From positions 24,464-77,641 of the forward strand of contig CAZEUO010000001.1 in NCBI GenBank assembly GCA_964515035.1: a stretch of 53,178 nucleotides of DNA, in the 5' to 3' direction. A program made the translations under genes and the position numbers. Each line of letters starts with the position of its first letter. The stretch's first letter is position 1. Positions 33,980 through 43,968 of the stretch are shown here, one piece after another. This stretch comes from an uncultured Planctomycetales bacterium (GTDB lineage: Bacteria > Omnitrophota > Gorgyraeia > Zapsychrales > CAZBRU01). The notes beneath the pieces were generated by a model. The model was not told the origin of the DNA. It made no database searches and saw only the letters and a program-made list of their open reading frames with translations.

Positions 33980-34537
33980 ATGAAATATTTCCAGCACGAA
34001 AAAGCCATTGTGAGCCCTAGAGCCCAGGTTGGGGAAGAAACCCGTATCTGGGCTTTTGTCAATATTCAAGAAGGCGCCATCGTTGGGAAACGCTGCAATA
34101 TTTGCGATGGTTGTTTCATTGAAAAAGGCGCCGTCATCGGCGATGAGGTCACGGTTAAAAATGGCGTTGCTGTTTTCGAAGGTGTTGTGCTTGAAGACAA
34201 TGTGTTTTGCGGGACGGGAGTATCTTTTATCAACGATCGTTATCCGCGCAGCCAACCCAAACGGATTTGGACTCTTGAAAAAACGGTTGTCAAAAAAGGT
34301 GCGACCATCGGTAGCGGTTCAACGATCATGTGCGGTGTTGTGATCGGGGAATTCGCGATGATTGGTGCGGGAAGTGTAGTTCTCAATGACGTTCCGGCGC
34401 ACGTATTAGTTTTTGGAAATCCGGCCGAAAAAAAAGGTTATACTTGTCGTTGCGGCAAAAAACTTGGGGTTAACCTCTGCTGTTCTTGCGGCCTTCGATA
34501 TAGCGAAGCCGGGCAGGGTTTAAGAGTTCATGAGTAA
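33980..34537 (+). CDS. Hexapeptide-repeat sugar N-acetyltransferase (WbpD/WlbB-like) with C-terminal Cys-rich tail
   Basis: Start at ATG 33980 (MKYFQHEKAIVSPRAQVGEETRIWAFVNIQEGAIVG). VKNGVAVFEGVVLEDNVFCG...NDRYPRS...GATIGSGSTIMCGVVIGEFAMIGAGSVV. Tail YTCRCGKKLGVNLCCSCG. Confidence 0.8.
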   Translation: MKYFQHEKAIVSPRAQVGEETRIWAFVNIQEGAIVGKRCNICDGCFIEKGAVIGDEVTVKNGVAVFEGVVLEDNVFCGTGVSFINDRYPRSQPKRIWTLEKTVVKKGATIGSGSTIMCGVVIGEFAMIGAGSVVLNDVPAHVLVFGNPAEKKGYTCRCGKKLGVNLCCSCGLRYSEAGQGLRVHE

Positions 34538-35261
34538 AATTCTGGTTTCTCCGGTTGCTTTTAACGAAAACGTAAAACTGAAAAGCGTCATTGAAAGATT
34601 CTTAAAAAGCCGGGCTTTCGGTCGTGTGGATTATTTGATTGTCGATGACGGATCTACCGACGGAACAACGGGCGTCATTGAAAGCTTCAAATCTTCGAAT
34701 GTCATGACGATCAAGCACCCCGTACGCCGGGGTGTGGGGGCGGCGATTCGAACCGCCATAAAATTTGCGATTCAAAATCATTACGATATCATTGTGATTA
34801 TGGCCGGAAACGATAAGGATAATCCCGAGGAAATTCCGATAGTTACGGGCCCCATTGAAAAAGATAATTTTGATCTGGTTCAGGGTTCGCGCTATTTGGG
34901 CCAGGCTCGTACCGGCGGGGATATGCCGGCTTACCGCAAATTGGCTGTCCGTCTTCATTCTTTTCTGTTATCAGTCATAACCGGGAAAAAAATGACGGAT
35001 ACGACTAATGGTTTCCGGGCCATGCGCCTTTCCCTTTTTAAGGACCCGAGAATTCATATTGACCAGCCGTGGCTTGATCAATATGAATTGGAGCCGTATA
35101 TTCTTCTTAAGTCCATAAAACTTGGCTACCGGGTCACAGAGGCCCCGGTTACCAAAATCTATCCTCCCAAAAAACTTGGCTATACCAAAATGCGCCCCTT
35201 GATTGGATGGTGGAGTATTTTAAAGCCTTTATTTTATTTGGGGCTGGGGATAAAAGAATAA
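34530..35261 (+). CDS. GT2 glycosyltransferase, polyprenyl-phosphate sugar synthase-like (Ppm1/DPM1/GtrB type)
   Basis: 8-nt overlap with the upstream gene. LIVDDGSTDGT, MAGNDKDNPEEIP (in place of DADxxH), QGSRY and TNGFRAM. 243 aa with no C-terminal TM helices. Confidence 0.8.
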   Translation: MSKILVSPVAFNENVKLKSVIERFLKSRAFGRVDYLIVDDGSTDGTTGVIESFKSSNVMTIKHPVRRGVGAAIRTAIKFAIQNHYDIIVIMAGNDKDNPEEIPIVTGPIEKDNFDLVQGSRYLGQARTGGDMPAYRKLAVRLHSFLLSVITGKKMTDTTNGFRAMRLSLFKDPRIHIDQPWLDQYELEPYILLKSIKLGYRVTEAPVTKIYPPKKLGYTKMRPLIGWWSILKPLFYLGLGIKE

Positions 35262-35274
35262 GACGTGAACATTT

Positions 35275-35955
35275 ATGCTTAAATGTATTAACTGCCAGTT
35301 GGTTTTTCACAACGGTTACCTCTTAAAGTGTCCGAGCTGTAACGGGAATTTAACTCAGGCGTCGGCTTTGGAGGCACAAGGAGCAACGCCGGCGAAATTT
35401 CAGGGTTCCGTTGATTTAGGAAAGCTGATTCACTTTGTCGGAAGTTATTTTCAGGCGAAATCATTCACGTTTCAGTATTCATTAAGCCGGTGCGAATTGA
35501 AAATCGGCCGGGGGTTTTCGCGATTTTTCGTTTATCCTTTAGACTTGGGATTTTTGGTGCGATTACCGTGGCTGTTGGTCAACATTTTTGACTCACTTTT
35601 TTTTCGCTTCATCTACAAAGGATTTTGTGAGAAGTGCGGATGGAAATATCCAAAGTTGACAGGCGGGCTGGCCCACGATTCTGATGAATGCGATTATCAC
35701 AAAGAATATACGGCGATTTTAAGCAGCATCGTTAGTGGTAAGATTTCCTATGATGCACAAACGTTCAAGGCTTATGCAGAGAAAAAACGCTTGGCTGGGA
35801 AAAAAAGCGCCTGGTATGATTTATTGCACCGCAATCAAAACTTCGAATTAAGCGTGGATTTGATTTCTTTACTTCTGTCTATCGGGTTATTCGTTTTTGG
35901 GGTTGTACGGCTTGCCATGCCGATTTTTGGCATGATGTATGACTTTGAATATTAA
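35275..35955 (+). CDS. Zinc-ribbon membrane protein, hypothetical
   Basis: N-terminal CINCQ...CPSCNG ribbon, a second Cys cluster CEKCGW...ECDYH, and a C-terminal TM helix. Confidence 0.5.
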   Translation: MLKCINCQLVFHNGYLLKCPSCNGNLTQASALEAQGATPAKFQGSVDLGKLIHFVGSYFQAKSFTFQYSLSRCELKIGRGFSRFFVYPLDLGFLVRLPWLLVNIFDSLFFRFIYKGFCEKCGWKYPKLTGGLAHDSDECDYHKEYTAILSSIVSGKISYDAQTFKAYAEKKRLAGKKSAWYDLLHRNQNFELSVDLISLLLSIGLFVFGVVRLAMPIFGMMYDFEY

Positions 35956-35976
35956 AATTGAGAAAGGGAGAGGAAT

Positions 35977-36219
35977 ATGAAAAAAATGGCGGTTATTTTA
36001 TCGGCACTATTTTTCTTCGGGTGCGCATATGGCGGCGAACAGCTGGAAACCTGGGTCAAGGATCCGCATTATACGCACTATCGAGAGCAGCTTGATACCC
36101 TTGAGAAATCCTATTTAAGCGAGCAAATCAGCTATTCCGAATACATCGACAAGAAGCAGCAGTTGGAAGCGCAGTATGACAAAGAAGTCAAAGAACGGGA
36201 AAATAAAATTAACCAATAA
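35977..36219 (+). CDS. Small lipoprotein
   Basis: GGGAGAGG RBS. MKKMAVILSALFFFGC lipobox. Helical, charged mature part. Confidence 0.5.
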   Translation: MKKMAVILSALFFFGCAYGGEQLETWVKDPHYTHYREQLDTLEKSYLSEQISYSEYIDKKQQLEAQYDKEVKERENKINQ

Positions 36220-36234
36220 TCGAATGGATCTGTT

Positions 36235-36966
36235 ATGAAACTTTATGGACGCAATCCCGTTGTCGAACGGCTCAAATCGAATCCTAAGACCATCAGGATG
36301 ATTTACATTCAAGAAGGCCAAAGGGATGCGGCCTACATCCGTCTCAAAGCAAAAAAATGGGGAATTCCCGTTGCCAATATTCCTCACTCCAAAATGCTGA
36401 AGATGGCCCGGAGCATCAATACTCAAGGGCTTTTGGTTGAAGTCGATGATTTTATTTATGGTGATTATCAGGAAATCCTCACGACCGCAGTTAAAAAACG
36501 ACGGACCCTTTTATTTCTGGATAACCTCAATGATCCGCAAAATTTAGGTTCCATACTTCGGACCTGCGCCGGATTGGGGGATTTTGTTGTTGTCCTGCCG
36601 TCCCACGATTCTGTCGACGTGACAGAGGCAGTTTTAAGGGTAGCGTGCGGCGGAGATAATTATATTCCGGTTGCCAAGGTCTCCAATTTACACCAGGCCA
36701 TTGGAGATGCCAAAAAGGCCGGGTTCTGGATTGCCGGAGCGGTTGTAGAAGAAGGGAAAGACCTTTTTCAGGAATCTTTGCCTTTTCCGTTGGCGATTAT
36801 TATCGGATCAGAACATAAGGGCATCAGGGACATTATCCGCAAACAACTTGATATCCAGCTGGCCATTCCGATGGCGGCGCCGCGGATGTCATTAAATGCC
36901 GCGCAGGCGGCCACCATTTTTTGCTATGAAATTACAAAACAGAAAAATCAAAAGCGCGCCGTCTAA
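36235..36966 (+). CDS. rlmB: 23S rRNA (guanosine-2'-O)-methyltransferase, SpoU/TrmH family (RlmB-like)
   Basis: N-terminal L30e-like LYGRNPVVERLKSNP. SpoU motifs LDNLNDPQNLGSILRTC, IIIGSEHKGI and LNAAQAATIFCYE. Confidence 0.85.
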   Translation: MKLYGRNPVVERLKSNPKTIRMIYIQEGQRDAAYIRLKAKKWGIPVANIPHSKMLKMARSINTQGLLVEVDDFIYGDYQEILTTAVKKRRTLLFLDNLNDPQNLGSILRTCAGLGDFVVVLPSHDSVDVTEAVLRVACGGDNYIPVAKVSNLHQAIGDAKKAGFWIAGAVVEEGKDLFQESLPFPLAIIIGSEHKGIRDIIRKQLDIQLAIPMAAPRMSLNAAQAATIFCYEITKQKNQKRAV

Positions 36967-37540
36967 ACGCTATCAACAAGCATTAGACTTTTTTGCCGAG
37001 GCCGGGCTTTTGAAAAAAGTCAAACGCAGCGGCTGGTGGGTGGCGGGTATCAAAGATCCCGAAAGTGTTGCCGACCATTCTTTTCGTTGCGCGGTCATCG
37101 GTTACTACATTGCGCATCTTGAGGGCGTCGATCCCTATAAAGTGTTGGTGATGGCGCTTTTTAACGATATTCACGAGGCGCGCATCAATGATTTGCATAA
37201 AATGGGGCATTATTATATTGATTTTAAAGATGCCGAGAAAAGGGTTTTTAAAGATCAAATGGAACCTCAAGACCGCCGGGTTAAAACACATTTAACAAAA
37301 ATGCGTTTTGAATACGATGATCAGATGACCAAAGAAAGCCTGGTGGCGCGTGATGCCGACATTTTGGAATGCCTTTTGCAGGCCAAGGAGTATTTTGATC
37401 ATGGGTATTTAGGTACGAAAAAGTTTTTATCCAGGGCCCCGGATTACTTAAAGACTAAAACTGCCAAGAAACTCTGGCAAGGCATGAAAAAATGGCATAG
37501 CAGTTCGTGGTGGCAGGGCATCACAAAATTTGAAAGATGA
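36926..37540 (+). CDS. HD-superfamily (YfbR/HD_3-like) phosphohydrolase-like protein
   Basis: LKKVKRSGWWVAGIKDPESVADHSFRCAVIGY then ALFNDIHEARINDL. The start is uncertain (ATG 36926 or 36896); both overlap the rlmB 3' end. Confidence 0.7.
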   Translation: MKLQNRKIKSAPSKRYQQALDFFAEAGLLKKVKRSGWWVAGIKDPESVADHSFRCAVIGYYIAHLEGVDPYKVLVMALFNDIHEARINDLHKMGHYYIDFKDAEKRVFKDQMEPQDRRVKTHLTKMRFEYDDQMTKESLVARDADILECLLQAKEYFDHGYLGTKKFLSRAPDYLKTKTAKKLWQGMKKWHSSSWWQGITKFER

Positions 37541-38328
37541 AGAACTTTTCTTTGACTCAGCGATTTTTAGTGGGACGGGCGAGTTTGTTTCTGGTTATTT
37601 TTTTGGCGGGATGCGCGACTCTAGGCGAATACAACCCCGCGACGGAACGCCGGGAATTTATCATGATTCCGACCGATTCCGAGGTGTCGATGGGAAAAAG
37701 CATTCACCAGGAAATTTTGCAGGAATTTTCTTTGTCTAAAAATATGCTCCAAACACAGCGGGTCCAGGCCATCGGCCAAAGGCTTTCCCGCGTCTCTGAC
37801 CGTCAGGATTACGCGTATCATTTTTACCTCGTAGAAAAAGACGACATCAATGCCTTTACCACACCCGGTGGAAATATTTATTTTTTTACGGGATTGTTGG
37901 ATAAGTTAAAAACCGATGATCAGATTGCTGCTGTTTTGGGGCATGAAATCGGGCATTGTGCCGCTAAACATACGATCAAAAAATTTCAGGCAGCCATGGG
38001 GTACAGTTTCATCGGCTCGATTATCTTTAGCCAGATTTCCTCAGAGGCGGCCCGGTCCACGGCATCGCTGGCGGCGAACACGGCCATGCAACTGGCGACC
38101 TCGGCTTATGGCCGGCAGGACGAATATCAAGCGGATTTGCTGGGGCTCAAATATATGTCCTTGGCAGGCTATAGCCTCAATGGTATGATAGAAACCTTGC
38201 AGGTTTTAGAGAAAGAATCGCACGGTGCGAAGCCGCCCTTGATTTTAAGTACTCACCCCTATGCCGAAGACCGGATTAAGGTGGTAAAGGAAGAGATTCC
38301 GCGGGTCGAAGCAAAACATAAAAAATAA
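37537..38328 (+). CDS. M48-family zinc metalloprotease lipoprotein
   Basis: ATGA overlap. Lipobox FLAGC. INAFTTPGGNIYFFTGLL, HEIGHCAAKH (HExxH) and downstream E..AD. Confidence 0.85.
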   Translation: MKNFSLTQRFLVGRASLFLVIFLAGCATLGEYNPATERREFIMIPTDSEVSMGKSIHQEILQEFSLSKNMLQTQRVQAIGQRLSRVSDRQDYAYHFYLVEKDDINAFTTPGGNIYFFTGLLDKLKTDDQIAAVLGHEIGHCAAKHTIKKFQAAMGYSFIGSIIFSQISSEAARSTASLAANTAMQLATSAYGRQDEYQADLLGLKYMSLAGYSLNGMIETLQVLEKESHGAKPPLILSTHPYAEDRIKVVKEEIPRVEAKHKK

Positions 38329-38363
38329 TGACCAGATTGCGCATTAAAGGATAAAATTAATTC

Positions 38364-38657
38364 ATGGAGAGAATTGGAATCGTCGCGAGTAAGATTGCCA
38401 AAGGAAACCTTCTCCTCTACAATTTTTTTGTTATTTTTATTACGCTCGTGTTTTCACTTCTCGTTTTCCTGGTTTCCGGTTCTGCCATTGTTGTTGCCCT
38501 CATAGGCATTGCCTACCTGACCGCCCAAGGATCACCGCCCGACCTTCAAAAGGGGTGGATTCCCATCATGATCGTTTGCCTGAAGTCTCTTGCCATCATC
38601 ATCGGTCTGGTTGTTTTTTGTGCCCTGGCCATCAACGTCAAATTTAGGAAGAAATGA
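38364..38657 (+). CDS. Small three-TM membrane protein, hypothetical
   Basis: 97 aa, hydrophobic. ATGA overlap with the downstream histidine kinase gene. Confidence 0.45.
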   Translation: MERIGIVASKIAKGNLLLYNFFVIFITLVFSLLVFLVSGSAIVVALIGIAYLTAQGSPPDLQKGWIPIMIVCLKSLAIIIGLVVFCALAINVKFRKK

Positions 38658-41005
38658 AGAAAAAATCAAAGACACTGGATGCCGTCTCTGCTTTTGGCGA
38701 TGAGAGTATTTGGTTTCGCCAGCTGATTGATAATCTTAAGGTCGGCGTTTATCGTTCCTCACCGGGGCCTCAAGGGCGTTTCTTGATTGTTAATTCGGCG
38801 ATCGGGGATATCTTAGGTTACCGGGTGGATGAAATTATGAAAATTAAAGTGGCGGAGATTTATGAAAGCCCCAGTCAACGGCGCTTTTTCATCGAAAAGA
38901 TTATTCGCCACGGCTATGTCAAAGACGAACAAGTGCGTTTGAGAAAAAGAAGCGGCCAGTTGATATGGTGTTCCATAACGGCAACATCCGTGAAAGACGA
39001 TAAAGGCAAGCCGTTGTGGATTGACGGGATTTTAGAAGACGTCTCCACCCAAAAACGGGTCGAACGCGAACTTTTAGAATCCAAGGAGTTGTTCCGGCTG
39101 GTCTTTGAAAATTCGGCAGCGGCGATAACGGTTACGGACCGTAATGAAAAGATTATCGCCTGGAATCCCTTTGCCGAAAAGATGCTTGAGATGGGAAAAG
39201 ACGAGCTGTTCAACAAGCCGGTAAAGGAAATTTATCCGCCGAAAGAATGGAAGAGGATGCGCTCGTTTCGCATCCGTGAAAAAGATGTCGCATCTGAAGT
39301 CGAAACGCAGGTCATTAAAAAAGGCGGGTCATTGGTCGATGTCAGTGTTTCCATTTCCATTTTGAAAGATATTGAAGGCAATATTACCGGCGCCATTGGA
39401 ATTATGCGTGATATTACCAACCAAAAGATTGCCGAGCGCCGCTTAAAGGATTCAGAGTACAAAACGCGCGTCATTCTGGACAATTCCGCGGCGGCAATCA
39501 CTTTAACCGATGAAAATGAAAATATTATTTCCTGGAATAAATTTACCGAACAATTGCTGGGAATGAAAAAGCCGGATTTGTATTTAAAACATATCAGCGT
39601 GCTGTACCCTAAAGAAGAATGGAAAAAGATCCGGGACGAAAATATCCGTAAAATTGGTTCACGGCATCACATGGAAACAAAGATCATCCACAAGGACGGA
39701 AGAATTATTGATATTGATTTGTCAGTCAATGTTCTGATGGATTCTTCGGGGAAGATTATCGGTTCTGTCGGTATCATGCAGGATAATACCGAGCGTAAGC
39801 AAGCTCAAGAGATGCTGCTGCAGGCTAAGATTGCCGCCGAAGAAGCCAGTAACGCCAAAACCATGTTTTTGGCCAACATGTCTCATGAGGTACGCACGCC
39901 CATGAATGCCATTATCGGGATGATCGATTTGACGCTGGATACGTCGTTATCAGATGAACAAAAAGACAATTTGAATACAGCCAAGGACGCTGCCGGAAAC
40001 CTGCTGAACCTTTTAAACGATATTTTGGATTTGTCGCGTGTGGAGGCCGGAAAGATTCACCTCGAGGCGATCGAGTTTGATGTCCGCAATGTCTTGCATA
40101 GTGTTTGTAAAGGCTTAACCGTATTGGCTCGCAACAAAAATCTGGAATTGGCCTGGAATGTGGATTCCAAAGTCCCTCAATTTGTCGTTGGGGATCCGAC
40201 ACGGTTACGCCAGATCATTATTAATCTCGTGAATAACGCCATTAAATTTACCCATAAAGGAAAAATTGAAGCCAATGTGAGTGTTGCGGCGGCCGTCGAA
40301 GAGGAAGTGACGTTAACGTTTTCCGTTGTTGACACCGGTATTGGGATCCCCAAAGATAAGCAGGGCCTTCTCTTCGAGCCCTTTACTCAGGCCGATGATT
40401 CGACGACCCGCAAGTATGGCGGAACCGGTTTAGGCCTTGCCATTTCGAAGCGCTTAGTTGAAATTATGGGGGGGAAGATTTGGGTCGAGAGCGAACCGTT
40501 TAAGGGAAGCACATTTTATTTTACCCCGGTTTTTAAAGTTGCGCATAAGGATCCGTCTGCCGCGGTTGTTTCAATTTCACAGGATTCCGGTGACAAAGTG
40601 GTCGGGTCAGCCAATTTGAAAGGATTACGCATCCTTTTAGCCGAAGATAATTTCATGAACCAAAAGATTGCAACGAGGATGCTGGAGAAAAAGGGGTGGG
40701 TGGTTTCTGTGGCCCAAAACGGCCGGGAGGCTGTTGATCGCGTGAATAACGAAGTTTATGACATTGTTTTAATGGATGTCCAAATGCCCATCGTTGACGG
40801 CCTGGAGGCGACACGTCTGATTCGTGAGGAAGAAAAGAATACCGGCCGCCATATCCCGATTGTTGCCATGACGGCCCACGCCATGGAAGGCGATGAACGG
40901 AAGTGCTTAGCCAGCGGGATGGACGGGTATGTTTCCAAGCCAATTGACATCACGAAAGTTTACGAAACTATCGAGAACGCATTGACAAAAAGGACAACCG
41001 TATGA
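38654..41005 (+). CDS. Hybrid sensor histidine kinase (3x PAS - HisKA - HATPase_c - REC), cytoplasmic
   Basis: Three PAS/PAC units, each ending in G(I)xxD(V/I)(S/T)xxK. H-box [17 protein letters not shown] box [11 protein letters not shown] boxes DTGIGI and GGTGLGL. REC ILLAEDN...[13 protein letters not shown]...MTAH...SKP. No TM helix. Confidence 0.9.
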   Translation: MKKKSKTLDAVSAFGDESIWFRQLIDNLKVGVYRSSPGPQGRFLIVNSAIGDILGYRVDEIMKIKVAEIYESPSQRRFFIEKIIRHGYVKDEQVRLRKRSGQLIWCSITATSVKDDKGKPLWIDGILEDVSTQKRVERELLESKELFRLVFENSAAAITVTDRNEKIIAWNPFAEKMLEMGKDELFNKPVKEIYPPKEWKRMRSFRIREKDVASEVETQVIKKGGSLVDVSVSISILKDIEGNITGAIGIMRDITNQKIAERRLKDSEYKTRVILDNSAAAITLTDENENIISWNKFTEQLLGMKKPDLYLKHISVLYPKEEWKKIRDENIRKIGSRHHMETKIIHKDGRIIDIDLSVNVLMDSSGKIIGSVGIMQDNTERKQAQEMLLQAKIAAEEASNAKTMFLANMSHEVRTPMNAIIGMIDLTLDTSLSDEQKDNLNTAKDAAGNLLNLLNDILDLSRVEAGKIHLEAIEFDVRNVLHSVCKGLTVLARNKNLELAWNVDSKVPQFVVGDPTRLRQIIINLVNNAIKFTHKGKIEANVSVAAAVEEEVTLTFSVVDTGIGIPKDKQGLLFEPFTQADDSTTRKYGGTGLGLAISKRLVEIMGGKIWVESEPFKGSTFYFTPVFKVAHKDPSAAVVSISQDSGDKVVGSANLKGLRILLAEDNFMNQKIATRMLEKKGWVVSVAQNGREAVDRVNNEVYDIVLMDVQMPIVDGLEATRLIREEEKNTGRHIPIVAMTAHAMEGDERKCLASGMDGYVSKPIDITKVYETIENALTKRTTV

Positions 41006-41358
41006 GCCAAGATGCCGTGGATTTAAAAGAGGTGTTGGAAAGAGTGCAAAATGACCGCGCACTTTTAGTGGAGCTATTTGATATTTTTCTTTCCGATTGC
41101 CCCGGAAAGATCACTGCGTTAAAGACGGCAGTTGCTAAAAAGGATTTAACAGCCCTGAAAGATGTTGCGCATTCCCTTAAGGGGGCATCCGGCAACATCT
41201 CCGCAAAAAAACTTTTTGATTCGTTTTTGAAAATCGAACAAATAGCGAAGAGCAATGATTTGTCGGCTCTGGATGGGCCGTTGTCCATTCTTGATAGCCA
41301 AATTGAGGAATTGAAGGTGTTTGCGGCGAAATACAAAGACGAAAATAAGACATCTTGA
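41002..41358 (+). CDS. Hpt-domain phosphotransfer protein
   Basis: 4-nt overlap with the kinase gene. 118 aa. [12 protein letters not shown] carries the phosphorylatable His. Confidence 0.85.
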   Translation: MSQDAVDLKEVLERVQNDRALLVELFDIFLSDCPGKITALKTAVAKKDLTALKDVAHSLKGASGNISAKKLFDSFLKIEQIAKSNDLSALDGPLSILDSQIEELKVFAAKYKDENKTS

Positions 41359-41392
41359 TTTTCTTGTTTCAACTGCTAGTAAGGAAGAAAAT

Positions 41393-43162
41393 TTGAAATT
41401 GTGGCAGGCCATAGGCTTATTGGCCGTCTTGGGACTTTTCAGTTACGGCAACGCGATTTATCATCCCTTTGTCCACGACGATGTTGTTTTTATCCAGAGT
41501 AATCCCAACCTTGACCGCTTTGATGACGTTCCTTCCTTGTTTCTCCACTCTTCAAAAAGCGCGGATGATATCATCATTATTAACGCTTATTACCGGCCGC
41601 TTTTGGAGATTTTGTACAAAACTCAACACTTCTTTTTTGGATTAAATCCCCACGCGTTTCATATTTTTAACATCCTTCTTCACATCACCAATAGTATCCT
41701 CGTTTATGCGGTTGCTGGTTTTTTGCTTAAAAATCACAACGTTGCGTTAGGCATTGCGGCAATTTTTTTGGTGCATCCGGTGCAATCGGAGGCGGTCGCC
41801 TGCATTGTGGGGGTCTCAAATCTTTTGTATGGCTTTTTTATTTTAGCGGGATTTTATTGTTACGGACTTTCCGGGCGTACCTTTAAGGGGACAAAGGCCT
41901 ATGTCCTTTACGGGTTATCGTTAGGTTTATTTGTCTTGGGGGTTTTGACGAAGGAACAGGGGCTGATTTTCTTTTTTCTAATTGTCCTTTATGAATTTTG
42001 TTTTTGCAAAAGCGGGATGCGTTTGGCAAAGCCAAATATTTTTCGCTTAAGTGGTATCGGAATTTTATTTTTAGGGTACTTATTTTTACGCAAGGCTGTT
42101 TTGCATATCGCATTGCCGCCTCTTTGGGATAATCCGCAAGAATTGTTTTTGAGGCTTTTGTCCATACCAAAAACTTTGCTTTTATATTTGAAAATCCTAG
42201 TTTTTCCGACGGATTTACACTATTACCGGTGTTTGGATATTTTACAACCCTGGTTTTGGCCGTTTGTCATTCTCGGGGGACTAATTGCCGGAGGAATTTA
42301 TGGCTTAAAAGCCCTCTTTCCAGAGGAAAGGCGCCTGGTCGCCTTTGGCCTGGGATGGTTTTTATTGGCGCTCTTTCCTGTATTGAACATTGCGCCGCTG
42401 ATTGTGGAATATTCTTACATTATGACGTCGGATCATTTTTTATATTTGCCCATTCTCGGGTTTTTGATCGCCGGCTATGCCTTTTTCCGGCGTTGGCCGC
42501 AAATCGTGTTTCAAGGCAGGGCCGTAAAGAGTTCACGGATTGTTCTGGCGTGCCTGGTTTTCATTTTTTCACTGATGACTATAAGACAAAATTCTTTTTG
42601 GCGGGGGGAAACCGCTCTTTTTGAGCGGACAATTCAATTTGAATCCAAGGTCGGACGGATCCAGATTCTTTTAGCAAAGGCATATTTGCAGGAGGGCCGT
42701 TTTGATCAGGCGATAACGCATTTTCAAATAGCCTTAGGCATCCTTCAGGGTTATGCTGAAAAGACGCAGGATGTCCGGGCTAAGAATTTTTATCAAGGAT
42801 TCATTAAGGAAATTTATATTGATTTGGGCCTTGCCCTGGAAGCCAAAGGGGATTCTTCTGGCGCGTTGACGTCCTATGAAGAAGCAATCGCCCTTGATTC
42901 CGGTGATAGTGTGGTGTATAACAACGTAGGAACTGTTTATATGAAAGCGGGACAGTTGGATGCTGCCATTGAGGCTTTTCAAAAATCTCTCGACAGCAAT
43001 CCGGATAATGTTTTTGCCATGAATAATCTGGCCGTTGCTTACATTTACCAGAAGCAATATAAAAAAGCCGAAGAAAAACTGCGACAAGCTATCGCTATTG
43101 ATCCCGGGTTCATTGACGCAAAGAAAAACCTCGAACGGTTGCAAAGAAACGAGAAATTTTAA
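41393..43162 (+). CDS. TMTC-like GT-C-fold membrane glycosyltransferase with C-terminal TPR array (paralog 3, divergent)
   Basis: The ORF is open from ATG 41321 (38-nt overlap with hpt). TTG 41393 with an AAGGAAG RBS is preferred. Motifs FVHDDVVFIQSN, HPVQSEAVACIVG, LTKEQG and SDHFLYLP. About 4-5 TPRs (VYNNVGTVY, AMNNLAVAY). Confidence 0.72.
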   Translation: MKLWQAIGLLAVLGLFSYGNAIYHPFVHDDVVFIQSNPNLDRFDDVPSLFLHSSKSADDIIIINAYYRPLLEILYKTQHFFFGLNPHAFHIFNILLHITNSILVYAVAGFLLKNHNVALGIAAIFLVHPVQSEAVACIVGVSNLLYGFFILAGFYCYGLSGRTFKGTKAYVLYGLSLGLFVLGVLTKEQGLIFFFLIVLYEFCFCKSGMRLAKPNIFRLSGIGILFLGYLFLRKAVLHIALPPLWDNPQELFLRLLSIPKTLLLYLKILVFPTDLHYYRCLDILQPWFWPFVILGGLIAGGIYGLKALFPEERRLVAFGLGWFLLALFPVLNIAPLIVEYSYIMTSDHFLYLPILGFLIAGYAFFRRWPQIVFQGRAVKSSRIVLACLVFIFSLMTIRQNSFWRGETALFERTIQFESKVGRIQILLAKAYLQEGRFDQAITHFQIALGILQGYAEKTQDVRAKNFYQGFIKEIYIDLGLALEAKGDSSGALTSYEEAIALDSGDSVVYNNVGTVYMKAGQLDAAIEAFQKSLDSNPDNVFAMNNLAVAYIYQKQYKKAEEKLRQAIAIDPGFIDAKKNLERLQRNEKF

Positions 43163-43163
43163 T

Positions 43164-43943
43164 ATGCCCGCAATATTAATCCTTGAAGACCAAGAGGCTG
43201 TCTCCGAAATCATCAAAATTAATCTTGAAGACCAGGGTTTTAAGGTTTTTGTCGGAAAAAACGGCAACATGGGCCTGGAGATCCTTAAGAAGGTTACGCC
43301 GGAAGTGATTATTCTGGATATTCTCATGCCGGAAATGGACGGCTACCAGTTTTATAAAAAAATCAAAGCCAATGAGCAAACCAGCCGCATTCCGGTTTTG
43401 GTTATGACGGTGCGGGGGGCGATGAAGGACGCTTTTCTGGTTTTGGGTGTTGACTCGTTTCTGGCCAAACCATTTTTGCCTGATGAGCTGATCAGTCAGG
43501 TGAAGGCCCTGATCCCAACGCCGGCGGAAAAAAATCAGTCTAAAAAGATCGCTCTGGTCGCCGGGTCTGATAACGATCGTGTGGACACCATGCGTCAGCA
43601 GTTGAAGAAGAAGGGTTATGCCGTTGAGACGGTATCGGACGGGCCGGCGGCCTTAGAAAAAGCTCTGAAGTTGTTGCCACAGTTATTTGTTCTACAGTTT
43701 GACATGCCGGGAATGGACGCGGACACGATTGTCCAGAAGCTTCGCCGGGAACCAAAGGCCAAAAATATTTCCGTTGTTGTTTACTCACCTTTAAAAGCGC
43801 AAGATGACACAAACCGCTTCGGCTGGGAACGGTTTTTGAACGCCGATTCCGAAAAGGACCTGCGGGAAACGGAAACACCCATCAAAATCATCGAAAAGTT
43901 TGATAAAGACTCTTTTTTGGATAAAATTAAAGACTTTCTTTAG
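43164..43943 (+). CDS. Response regulator with two receiver domains and no output domain
   Basis: ATG 43164 lies 1 nt after the upstream stop. REC1 ILILEDQE...IILDILMPEMDG...VMTVRG...LAKPF. REC2 IALVAGSDND...FVLQFDMPGMDA...VVVYSP; its conserved Lys is unclear. Confidence 0.85.
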   Translation: MPAILILEDQEAVSEIIKINLEDQGFKVFVGKNGNMGLEILKKVTPEVIILDILMPEMDGYQFYKKIKANEQTSRIPVLVMTVRGAMKDAFLVLGVDSFLAKPFLPDELISQVKALIPTPAEKNQSKKIALVAGSDNDRVDTMRQQLKKKGYAVETVSDGPAALEKALKLLPQLFVLQFDMPGMDADTIVQKLRREPKAKNISVVVYSPLKAQDDTNRFGWERFLNADSEKDLRETETPIKIIEKFDKDSFLDKIKDFL

Positions 43944-43968
43944 TCTTGATCGTATTTTAAACCCTCTC

